A stretch of 64,000 nt of DNA from Glycera tridactyla (lineage: Eukaryota). The stretch lies in assembly GCA_965644265.1 (NCBI GenBank), contig OZ286459.1:71052001-71116000 (forward strand), read 5' to 3'. The position numbers were made by a program, and so were the translations under genes. This document shows positions 38,801-52,000 of the stretch, one piece after another. Within the stretch, counting starts at the first letter, position 1; each line of letters starts with the position of its first letter. Under the pieces are notes generated by a model. The model was not told where the DNA came from, searched no databases, and saw nothing but the letters and a program-made list of their open reading frames with translations.

Positions 38801-41800
38801 GATGCTAATGACAAGAAATTATACTGGCAAGTTGCAAGGACAAGATCTGCCCAGAGAATTATTATATGTTTCCCAGATGGTTCCTCACATTTAATCACAC
38901 GGGCATTTTGCCCGGAAAACAGTATCAGATAATAAATACAAAACACAACTTGCTTTTGCATGGAAGGCCATACACAGCAATTTCGGCATCCCTTTTTTGC
39001 AGAAATCTAATGCCAAAGATGTGCAAACAAAGTATTGCAAATCAATCACTGGAAAGTCCACAAAAATTACATTTGCTTCACCACTACAGATTAAACATGC
39101 TAAACTGTCATCAAATAAGCAAGATAATGTTGGTGAAATATACGTTTTCTACACCAGATTCTATAGCAAACTGAAAGAAATACAGGTAACATATATCATC
39201 CAGCATTTTGTAGACATTTTGTACAAAATTTGCCTCATTTGAGCACATCAGCTACTCATGTTCTCAATCCCAAGATAAAATGCAGAAATGGGATGAGGAA
39301 TAAACAACATGGTCAAATAACTGAATAGCCATAGGAAAATGACTGAAGGATGATGACAATGGTAATGACCATGCAGATGAAAATTTCGCATTTGAAATTT
39401 TGGTAAACACCAAGTTTGAAATGGCGATACAGTTGTGTCTAGGGGTTTGCCAGAGGACCAGAGCAAATGACTTATAGCCAAACACTGGTAGTAGTCCTTG
39501 ATTAAAGTGGCCTGACCTGAATGAAGATGGAGAACATAAACTGGGATATGGGTGAACTCAAAATTAGAGTTTGAGGCACCTATCTTCTTGAAATTTGGAT
39601 TTTCAACGGGGCAACAGGGTCAGAAAAATGGGCAATAGAATGAGAGAAAAAGAACAATGCCAATTTCTACATGGTCCAGGCGACATGAATGACAACAACA
39701 ATACATGATTAGGAAATGGTGCGCAGAAGGCGAAAATATACAAATATGCAATCCCTCCCCTGCTATGTTCAAAGGACATGCCACATTTCTACATATTGCC
39801 GTAGAGTAATTTCTCTTGAGTAGCAAGACTGTTTTGTTTTAATGTGTATTATCATTCCAAAAGATGCAGATGTTCTCAATGACTATGCATCCACTGTCAG
39901 CTCCTCCACTCTAGTTTAGTGCCATGAATATTTCAGCAAGATTCCATGCCTAGATGACAGTGTCAGCCCTATACTATGCCAATATACTGAAAAAAAATAT
40001 GCGATCGCAGATGAATACACATAAAATGTGATCATCTGATATTATTTCACAGATTGATCATTGTTTTTCATTTACAGTCTTCGATAGGCAATCTCCCATT
40101 GGGAAAGAGGATTAGAGATATCATTCTCCTGAGGAAATTTGGGCAAATGGGTGAGTTATCAGGAGAGCTGGCCATGATACTCTAATGATAAGGGGGGATG
40201 AACAAGGCAGAAGAGAGAAGGACTTCACAATCGTGTGAGACAGATTAACGAACTGAGTAGGAACATGTAACAAGTGATGCTTACCTGAGCATATGCATCA
40301 GAAGCTCCAACCTGCAAAGTAAAATGAAATAACATTTAGAATTACGAATCTGTTAATGCTTAGATAATAACTAATGCAGTCCATTCTGAATCCATTATTT
40401 GGTTACTTCCATAGCCAAAAATCTTGATTTATGAAGGGAAGTACACCACACAGAGCACGGCCTTTGGAATATTTTTGCACTCACGCTACATGAAGTTCAT
40501 GGTACTGATAAGTTTTTTCAGTGAAATCCTCAGGTACGATACTCAAATGATATTCAACACCAAGGTCATAAGATACACGCAAAATATTTAGTCAAACAAT
40601 ACCTCAAAATAGTGAAGCAGCTTGTGATACAAGGACAAACAAGTCTTTGTTGGAATCCATGTTGCCAACTTTGGAAATGTATCAGTTTGAAGTACAGTAA
40701 AGAAGAATAAGGAAGAAAATGTTCATTTACCTGTGGATAAGCACCATAAGCTCCAAACTGGGAGAGTGTGAAAGGATTTAATAATCCGAGAGGTCCCGCC
40801 ATTTGTTGCATTCTTCTGAGTTGTCGTTCTTTCTCTGTGTCAGCAAACTTTACCACCAAACTGGATGATGCTCCCTGCATTCAGAGGTGAAATGAAGGAT
40901 GGTTAGAAGGGATGCGGTACAGATGTCAAGCGGAGGCAGAGGAAATTTAGCATGTTCAAAAGCCAGATACAAGTGGAGACAGTCACCGAGTGATATCAGC
41001 TGAAGGCTAATCAGTCGCTCATGTAATCCACGTGGCTTACTTGTTCATTTCCAAGACAATGTGTGCACAGGCGAAACACTCCAGCCTTGCTGATGCAGCT
41101 ATTGCGAAGTCAGTCAACAGTGCAGTGTCCTGCCAGAGCAATATTATCACATTTGGAGGTAGGTCACTAACAGACGCGGGTGCTTATACAAAATACACCC
41201 AACACAGCTGCATGCATCAAGAGATAACATTAGCATGAGCCAGCAATGGGCAAGTTAACAAAGCTTATATAGTGGGTATCCCTCATATCAGTTAATTTAT
41301 GTACATACAAATGGTCTAGTGTGAGAGAAGCAAACCGGGTGTGAACTGTATAGCAGGGTGGCCGGCCCATGTGCTCGGGCTAAGGCTACTGATATCAATC
41401 GAACAGTTGTACAAACATGCCAGGGCTTTGAGGCGGCCTGACTCGGTTTGACAATAGTGCCTGCACGGCGACTGATTTGCCAGCCAGCGTGGCTGGTGAT
41501 GCCTGCTGTGCCCCCACTCCACCCCCCTCAGCTGATATCCCTCACCCACTCACACCCACCCACCCACGGGATGACTCACACCCATGGCCAACAAATACTC
41601 GCATGTCCATCCATGTAGATTAATGCTCTCGCATTCACATCAAGTTTCACTGGTATTGCAATTCCCCGCTAATACCCCCATTCATACAAACATGCCAATC
41701 GAGAGATCTAATAAGTTCATGCATGCCAGAGAAATAAACCTCCATCAACAAATTCAAATCACTGATATAACACTAACAAACTCACCCCGATACCCATGGT

Positions 41801-44800
41801 AAGTTTTACCTTGCATTACTGATAAAGTCCAGTTTCCTGTGTGTGACAGATGCTGTTAAATTTCCATGTGTGGTTATCCAAGTGTAAATGCATAAAATGT
41901 AGGAATTATTCAGCTAGAGAAGCATATAATATCTTACAAACCTATTAGCGAGAGGCAGCAATGTTGCTCCAAAGAATGCGTTAAACTCTAGCAATTGTGA
42001 CTATGTCCGATCAGAGAACCTACCCTGTGCTGCATACTACGAACGTCCCCCGGCAAAAACCAGAACACAACTGACAGCTCACAGCCGCTCTACGAAGATC
42101 AGTGCTGACACAAATTGATTTGGGATTGGGATCAGGGCCGGCAGTTAAGCCTGATTCAGAGATCGGCATTGTTTTGGGTCCGAATAGCATACTAACGAGG
42201 TATAGAGAGTCTGCCAGCATGATGCTTAATTACGTACCCCAATCACACACAACTGGACGCTAATTAATGAGAAATTACTGGGCCACTGTCAAAAGGCTCT
42301 GAGACATGCCACTCAATGACTCTCCACCTAATCCTAGCGTACATTCCCCGATCACAGGTTCCACAGCGAATATCTGAGCAAAATTCCAAGTAAACATGCA
42401 CATTTATATCTCTTATCATTGCTAGCACGGATGGAAGGGAATGGAGTCTATTGGGCTATTTTATTGGAAATCAATAACGGATGCGTGGCCAGCTCAGCCT
42501 CAATATAATCCGTTAAACCACTATCCTGCCTAATAAATGGCCTGGAATCATGCTAATTAACAAGGAGAGGATATCTCATATTACATCTACATAGTGACAA
42601 TGGGGTTTATAAATAGGAATATATTGCTAATAAGTCGAGATGCTATGAAATCTGAGCTACAGATTCAGAACAAAGCAAAAAGCAGACGCTATAAGGATAA
42701 ACATCACGTATTGATATCCCATCATACATCTGAAAACTTATGTTGCCATCATGATCACTATTGTGCACACAATGAGAGATATATAGCTACCTATGCCCAT
42801 AAAATATAAACATCGATAAAAGTGAACAGCTGTGACTACCTAGCCGAGTATTAGCCCCAATAGCATCTCAATGACATCCACAAATGATCTGTAACCACTA
42901 GGAAACTTTTCATACAGACTTATCAAAAGCCAATTCAAATAACCGGGGGCAGTGGAATTGAAAAAGCCCAAGAAGTAAGACTCGGCAATATTACCCAGAG
43001 TTTTGTGTAAAAATACCTCAGCGTGGTGCAGTGGAACTCATTAGTCGTGGAGTAGCCAAAGTACTACTCAAGGCCACATAATACCTCATCTGATTGGATA
43101 ATAAGGAGATCCAAGACCCAATCAAGAAGCTCGTACTACTTCAGCTGGCCCTGCTGTAATTTTCTGCTGCATCATTACCATCATGGTGTTCAGTGAACAA
43201 GTTCACCAATGCAGTTTCAGATAAACGTTCAATTATAGCGATCTGCAGATATTCTTTCCCACACATATATCTCCTATACATCCCATCTCATTCTGCACAT
43301 CAACATCATAGATTCCTAATAGACCCAAAATGGCACCACTCATCGAAGCAGGTAATACGAACAGCTAGTCAGCCAAAAGGGCATCATTCATAATCATTTG
43401 CAAGCACCAATGGTAAGCCGCCCTGTGTAATAGGTCCAGAGGTGCTAGTATGGATGACCCAAGTCAGTGGCACAGGCAACTCACGGGCACTTCCCTTTTT
43501 TGTGGTCAGCTGCCTCCATTCACAAAGGCTATTTGGGAGACAATTTTCCAGTGGCTGGCAACGGTGAGCTGGAAACCCAGGGGATAGGTGACGCAGTATG
43601 CTAGTGGAATATATCCTCATCTAGAGTGACTGTTTTACACATCTATTTTCTACATCATTTCAGATAGTGGCACTAGTCCTGATGCTATCAATTCATCAAC
43701 CATATCCACCTTATTGCACACTTCCCAGTGTGTGTATGCATGACCTATGAGAGATTTCTGTTTGATCTGGCCAGCATGATGAGAATTAACATCACGCTTG
43801 CAGATACAAACCATTATATTCCATGATGTACATATGTCATGGGAGCTCCGGCTAAATGATGAATGAAATCCATTTAGCACTTGGGNNNNNNNNNNNNNNN
43901 NNNNNNNNNNNNNNNNNNNNNNNNNNNNNNNNNNNNNNNNNNNNNNNNNNNNNNNNNNNNNNNNNNNNNNNNNNNNNNNNNNNNNNNNNNNNNNNNNNNN
44001 NNNNNNNNNNNNNNNNNNNNNNNNNNNNNNNNNNATAATCAATCCCGCACTAAAAACACTACATTTGCTACCGCAAGAGCAGCATATTATTATTCTTTAT
44101 CCATCCATATATGGACATCATCCCTGTGCCCCGACATGAAAACTAATTATCAATCTTCTCTGCCATTGTTAGCTTTGCATAAACAGGATATAATCTTCTG
44201 CCATTATCGCTCGACTTCTGCATACCATTGCCAGGATATTTGCATCTATTCCTCTGATGATCCCTCACCACAACTGGTCATGTAATTCTACCCACTGATC
44301 ACCACACTATATGCCTGAATCAAGACCAGATGAACTAACCAATTTTCATCAGGGCACTGACAAAATCAGCTCAAGGAGAAGAGGGTGACCCTGTATTGCA
44401 TCTCATGAAAATAATCTGTGATATATGCAAAAATCTGCACTGTGTTGCTTATCTCATATCTAATCTGAATAGTGGAGCCAGGTGTGCACCGATGCCCAAA
44501 ATGAATGGAAAAGACTGGAATTTTCTATGTTCATTTGAGATTTGGGTTAAGAAACTCCATTGAGAATTCAAGCAACTTGTGGATGACAGCATCATTGCAA
44601 CCTTTCTTATCCTCCAATTTCTTAAGCTCGCTGACTGATCCAACTAAAGTACATACCTCCAGGATAGGGAATCGGAACTGAATCATTGCATAGGAAAGTT
44701 TTTGTCCTGAGAAGAGAGAATACTAAGTGATGCAGCAGATCTGAAAGCCAGCTGGCACAGATGGCAAAAATCCATTATCTGATTTTGTGTTTATCTCATG

Positions 44801-46017
44801 CATAATCGATGCTAATGATTGAAAGTGTCTCGGACGCTAATTCACCATTTCATGCTTCAGATCATTCTCATTTATGTGGCTGTGCTACCAACTTATCCAC
44901 CATAAGAATGAATTCTGACTTGATTACACAGCATTTCTATTATAAGAATTCCAATCATGGCTGGCTGAAAATATTCTATTGTAATGTTTCAAGTTACTGT
45001 TGTAAGTCTGTGATGTACAGTGGAGTATAGGACTATCGTTATTGCAGTATTCATTTGATGACTAATACAAACTAGAATTTTAGTGAGGCATCTCCTCACT
45101 CAATATGTCTCCCCCAGACTTTGTAATTATTCACTACCCGCATACATGCCTGGGTCCACCTGCTTGCTTATTCATCTTCAAGTGAGCATGCGCACTGAAA
45201 AGCTAGACATCATTGGTTGACAACTATCCTTTGAGTGACCAATGATGTAGTATACCTAGTCATGAGTATGAAAATATGTCCTGGGGTATGAGGTGTACTG
45301 GGGTACGGGGGGGGGGGGGGGGGGTCTCCTTGTGTAGGATTTGTCCTCGAGAATATGCCCAGGCATCAGAGAACTTCAGTTGAATTTGGGTCAGGGGTTT
45401 GAGTGGAATCTTGCTGACAAGGTCTTGATCAGCTTGTGTGACCTTGACCTTTGACCTTTTGGCACCATACCAGTGTATCACCACTAGCCTGTAGATGCAC
45501 ACTGAGATGGCAACCCCAAAATCTTGCCATAGCCTGGGAATGTCTGTACACCAAGTTTGTCAAAGCCACCCCTGTAATTCATGAAGTGACTGTCCAGAAA
45601 CTCTTTTGACCTTTTTCCATTAAGTGACCTTGAAATTGAAGATGGCCACTAAAAAATAAGTGGGTGTGTTGCCATAGTCTATGAGAGGCTGTACACCAAG
45701 TTTGAGAAGGCTACCCCCGAAACTCATGAAGTCATTGTCCGGGAACCATTTTGCACTCAGTGACCTTGAAATTCAAGATGTGAATCCATAGTCTAGGAAA
45801 GAAGGTACACAAAGTTTGAGACAGCAAGCCCTGAGATTCATGAAGTTATTGTCCGGAAACCATCATTTCTTTCACCCACCAAACCAATAGGGGGTGGGGG
45901 GGGGGGGAGGGTGTAGCCATAACTCCCAAATTGCTAACAGCAATTGGATACCAATATCACAAGTATGGTAGCCATGGGGTATTCACACATAGCAACATGG
46001 AGCATGTACATGCACGT

Positions 46018-46097
<80 letters not shown>

Positions 46098-49000
46098 GTG
46101 AACCAACACGGGGGGAGGGGTATGACTGTCAATTATATACCAATATGCCAAGTATAATAGCCATTGGATATTCANNNNNNNNNNNNNNNNNNNNNNNNNN
46201 NNNNNNNNNNNNNNNNNNNNNNNNNNNNNNNNNNNNNNNNNNNNNNNNNNNNNNNNNNNNNNNNNNNNNNNNNNNNNNNNNNNNNNNNNNNNNNNNNNNN
46301 NNNNNNNNNNNTTAATTTTGGGCTTTTGTTTGAGGAGAGAGGGGAGATGAAATCAACCAGAAGTCATTGAAGCATAACCAAGGAGCATTGTATGACCGGA
46401 AGAATCTTACATAACCATTAATGGAGAGGCAACAGAAGGAGTTCATTTCGGGAAGGTCACAATAGGGACTGAGTTTAATTAAGGTTGGTACCTCTTTGGT
46501 GAAATTTTGGTGAAATTTAGGCCTCTGGTGATCTTGAAAATTATGTCACATGCACCAAAATCTAATCAGTTCATTGGACTATCCCAAGGAATATGCCCTC
46601 CAAATTTCATTCAATTCGAATGAGTAGTTTTGCTGCAATCGTGCTCACAAGGTTTTGTGACAGACAGACGGACAGACAGACGGACAGACAGACAGACGGA
46701 CAGACGGACAATATGAATTCTATATGTCTCCCCCATCAGGGGGGGGGGGGGGGAGACATAATTCTGGAATGAAGGCTATTGAGTGCATTTTTCAATACAG
46801 TTTCTCTTCCAGGAGAGAGAGATAGAGGGAGGGAGAGTGGGGGGGGGGGGAGGGAGGGAGGGAGAGAGGGAGAGAGTGAGTGAGTGAGTGAAAAAATACC
46901 AGAGAGAAAACACAGATAAACATAACGACACATGAATGGACAGACAGACAGATAGATGGATGGATGGACAGTCAGACAGACAGATGAACAGAGGAAAAGA
47001 CAGACCAGCAGGAAGAGGGATAGAAATGAAAATGAAAAACAGAACAAAAGCCTACGGCATTCTCAAATATATAAATAATCCGGAAATCTGGCTGCTAAAA
47101 TCTAGCCTGACATTTCATTGTTGTTGCCTGGTCTAAGTGAGCAGAGACCACACTGCTGCCTGCTACTATGCAACTGTATGCACACACTGAAATCTGTCTT
47201 GTCACAGATCATATATCGCTGCCTAAGTAAATATTGACTTTTTCATTATTTGCAAACATTGCGGGGCTATACATCCTGGATCTGTGTTGGATGTTTGCCT
47301 CCAATTGTTAGCCATTAGGATCAATACCAGCAATGCAGAAGTGTTAACGCACATCCACCCTATTAAGAACTGTGTGTTATTCATGCTGCAATGTTTATCA
47401 AAATCTCAGTTACGAAAGTCCATTACTTAGCTCATAATTGAATGAACTATTTAATTTTTCAGTGTCCTCTGCATATTGCATTTCAGTGAAGAATGCCCAC
47501 TTTCACCCTTGCAGAGTGCGGTAGGCAAAAATTGTGAATCTGGATCTGAAGTTAGTGAACAAAAGATGATGCTATTTACCAGTCCACTATTTTTGACATC
47601 AAGAGTCTGATGAAAATCAATGTCTAGTAGCAGTGAAAATTCAACAAGAGTGAAGACCAACCCAGTTGACCATCGGCAGATCGAGATGCCCATAGAATTC
47701 AACTTTCAAACCAATTAAATATTACTGGAAATTCCATCCTATAACAAAATCTCTCCTCTTATTTCCATCTATATCAGAGACAAATAAGCTGAATGAACAA
47801 TACATTATTCATGGATGATTCTGCTAAGTTGAATATGATCTGGTTCAGTAAAAAATTGTGAAAAGCAACATGCTTGTGTGCATTTAGATGTAATTGTTGT
47901 TTGCATATTAATAGCCGCTCATGTGGTTCGAATATGAACTAACACTAGATCATTACATTCTCGTTGATCTCTACACCTCATGCAGTATTTCTTCCATGCA
48001 GAGACGAGAAGGCAGAATTGATCGTTTAAAAATAGCACCAATTTCAAATGAAAAACTCTGCTTGGCATCCAGGTATGCTGATCGGAGTCCTAAACAGCTC
48101 TAAGGCACATAAACGTGTGCACACACAAATCACCAAAACACATGCACACCATGGTGCAATGAGCCATGCCAGTGCATCATGGTCACTCCTGTTGTCCATA
48201 TAATGGCTCATGACCTCCACGTCTTGCAGAAAAAAGAGATAAGCTATCGAGAAAGGTATCATATTGCAATTGCTCTCATGTACTCATGTTTATTGTAACC
48301 AACAGAGATTCTCTGTTAACCAACCATACAGGCACTGGAAAGAGGCAAAACCTGATAACCAATAATTGACAGAAGGGACAACATGAAAAGTACAGTTTTG
48401 TCCCTATATGTCTGCATAGCTTCATCAGAGGAGGAGGGAGAACAGACATAAATTTTCCATCGAGTGCGAGATCCAGAAGAGTCAATAGAAACCCGGTGTT
48501 GTGGCTCAATCTTGCCTCAGACAGATGTTTATTATGAAAGGATGCAAACACAGTTCACTTTCTTGCTATTGAATATTCCACTGTCAGAGAAAAGACACTA
48601 ATAAAATCTGAGGAAGCATAAATATGGCATTATTGTTCGACAATGGATGCGTGTGTGCCAATATGAAATTATCTGCAGTGGTGATCTAATAATCAAGAGA
48701 TTTGGTCCGCACTTGAAGGGCTTCCTAACACAGGTGGAGTAGAGGCATTGTCATGAACCTAGAAATACTTTCTCAAGATGGATACTGACTTTCTTTCCAT
48801 TTAGGTTTTGACAAATTTCTTGGTCCAGGCACAGGGTATCACAGCTGGCAAAAAGTCACCCACACACCACAAGTGCATTACACCTAAAAGCCATTTAACT
48901 GACAAGAATTACAGCAGGGTGCCAGAAATAAATGTTAAACCAACACTGATGATAACCAATAGTTGGGCTGTACCTTCTAGCTGCCGGACAAAACCACTCA

Positions 49001-52000
49001 TCTTATGCCACAATGCAATTGAGTACAATGCATACCAAGTAACCAATAGGAGTTTGCCTCCAGCGGCATGGACTCGTAAAAAATGCCAAGCACAGTGTAG
49101 GCTAAGTGAACGCATTTCATGTTCACAAGGTTATACCATGACCAAGATGTTTGGATATGACACATATAATCTTTAATAAAGCAACAAAGATAACAGTTCT
49201 CTATGGTTTGTGAAAACACCAAAAATGGTTTCATGCCTCCTGTATTCTTTTCCTGTCTTGACTGAATGAAATGACTCAATGGAAATGAAGACAAGAACAC
49301 GTAACAAAAGTATCACTGAGGAAGAACACCAATTTCCTGAGTGCAAGAGGTTGGAATTTTCCATTGTAATCTAAGACTTCTCACTAAAAATATGAAGAGA
49401 ATATGAGAGATGTCGACCGATCTTGGCATAATTACACATCATCCCACAGCTATGATTCATGCACCTGATTCCTTTCTGGTTCAATCTGTTGTCTCCGAGA
49501 GCTGACTATCTTTTCAATGACCTATAATGTGAGATGGTGCGTCAATGTGAGGCAATCGGCTTTCGTGATTGGATACGAGGCGGGCCACGAAGCCAATGAC
49601 GGATGTCAAGCATCATCTTTTGAAAGCAATCAAGGAAGTGGGCCAGCACCATATGAGCCTGATGAATTACCAATGAGTTGGTAAAAAGCCAGGTTAGAGC
49701 CCAACAGCTGCACCCTAGGCCACACCATCATGGCCTACCCAGCCATCTTAGTTGCTTCAATGTTGAGTCTAAGATCATGAACCATTATGATGGATGATAT
49801 ATAAGATTCTTACCGCCATTACTCAGAAAATGCAAGAGTTGAGCACTGATTTCTCAGATGCAACTTTACATCATCATCTTTATTTTTGCATGAATGGACT
49901 TCATGACAGTCAACACCTTACAGGCAAAAAGCAAATTATTTGGTCTTGATGCTCAACATTCAACAGAGCCAGTCATGATCACATGGTAGATGGTTTGGCC
50001 TCAAGACATAATACAGTCCATGCTGACCATAAAGAATATCACAAGTGTAAAATTTGATGGTAGAGAAATGGATATCACCGACCTGCTCACACTTCAGAAG
50101 ATCTAATGATCAGTCAGAAAGTTGGATGCAGTTGGCACTTTCACACCACAGAGGAAGATGTCTGTGAGCAGTAGTGAAGTTGCCTTAGAAAACCTCGGCG
50201 GAAAAAGAGCTGATCTGGCTCATTAAAACTCATCTAATGAAATCAACGCCAGGCTTGTGCTGACCACCGTCTATCTTCGGTGACCTAATGCCATTAGTGG
50301 GACTTGCTTGCATTACATGTACAAGCTCTACCCTGAGGTGCATTCAACTATTGAGAGGTGAAATGTTGAAACCACGCCATCAGACATTCGCCTTCCTTTT
50401 GAATACAAATTTCCTGAGATTACAATTCTATATTTCAGCAAATTCCTCAACTCATTGATATTAGTCATGGATTAACTTATTGGCTTGCACCATTCCTATA
50501 TCATCCTTTTTTGCTTCTCACCCACTGTGACTGATGCTATACTCCAAAGATGAGCAGGCAAAATAAAAGCACTCAACAAATTGTACACTCGTGAAATAGC
50601 ATCCATTTTTGTCTGACTCACCAATGACAGATAATAGCTGATTCTATTTGGGTCAGTGGGAATTTGTCTCATTTCTAGACACAGGCTTTACGGTGGATAC
50701 CAGCACAGCAGAGTCAAACTTACTGCGAACATGAGGCTAAGGGAGATGATATAACTGTCAGCTGAGAGGAACTACTTGCTTGATGGAGGCGTAACATAGA
50801 ACACAACACTTTGGTGGGATGAACCGATTGTGTTGCATATGTGAAGCTATTGCTTAGTATAAGTCATACTTGGGACAAGTTTGAATATATAAGACTTGTG
50901 ATGCATCACTGTAAGACTCATTTGTGGATGAACCCAATAGAAGAGCAAGTGGGCAGACAGCACGTATTATGTAAGATTGGAAATTTGATGGAAGTAGCAA
51001 CGACACATAGAGAGAACTCCTGTTTCACTCTCAATCCAACAAGCGCGGATGCAAAGTTCTAATCAGAAACTGGGACATGTTTCTGAGTGGCTGGACCCCA
51101 AGGCATGACAGAGGACATGTGTGTCCGGACCAAGCTCATCTGAAAGTGACTTCATGAACCTTAGCTTTTTGGGCACTCCCCAGAGGAGGGCAAGTCCTAT
51201 CACCACCAGTAGGGGTGGCAGGTTGCTTAATCCATTCCACTCTCTGTAGTGAATCCAGCAAACAGAACAAAATGCAGACATGTTGCTAGCAAATATTACG
51301 GCATTGAGATGGACACCCCGGAACAAATGAATACTGCCACTGGAGGACAAAATGGGAGGAATGTGAGCTCAAGGTCATGAAGGTCATGGTGCCAAGGTCA
51401 AGCTAACAAGGAATGATCAGCTGGCGTGGATTCTATGTTGCAGGCAGTGGGTAGCAGGGTGGACAGTTTGAATTATGGCCACGATCAAGTTGGGCCCAGC
51501 CCTTCACATCTGCCAACCTAACATCAATAACTGGCAAGCCGACCTAATCCAATTAGTGAGAATTTCTGCATATCACGCTCACAAACCTCACTCTCACACA
51601 TCATAGACTAAACATTCATTCACATCTGCTCATGTCCCCTTTGTGCAGTTCACATGGCTCACGAACCTTCTGAACATTTCAGTCTGCAGTGCTCACGAAC
51701 CAGAGGCCATGAAAATCACTCACACACCTCCTAGACCAGACATTACTTCACAATCATTTTGCGCACTTGCTGTATGACTCACCAACCTTGAATATTTCAG
51801 GACACCATGCTCACAGACCCTGTTCTTACACATCATAAACTCAACATTAGAAGAACTTGTTTCCAACTGAAATACCAAATCTCACATCATAACAATAAAC
51901 TTGTAAAGATGTATTAAGAATTGTCTCCAAACGTCAAATTGTCCTAGAATTGGTTGGATTTCAGAAAGATAACATTTCTAAGGGTGTGTTTACAAAGCAG

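Noticed and set aside
39158-40150. Plus-strand exon-like segments (39158-39185, 40078-40150) suggesting an antisense transcript among the microexons
   Set aside because: No ORF or other support; such pseudo-exons are expected by chance in 64 kb.
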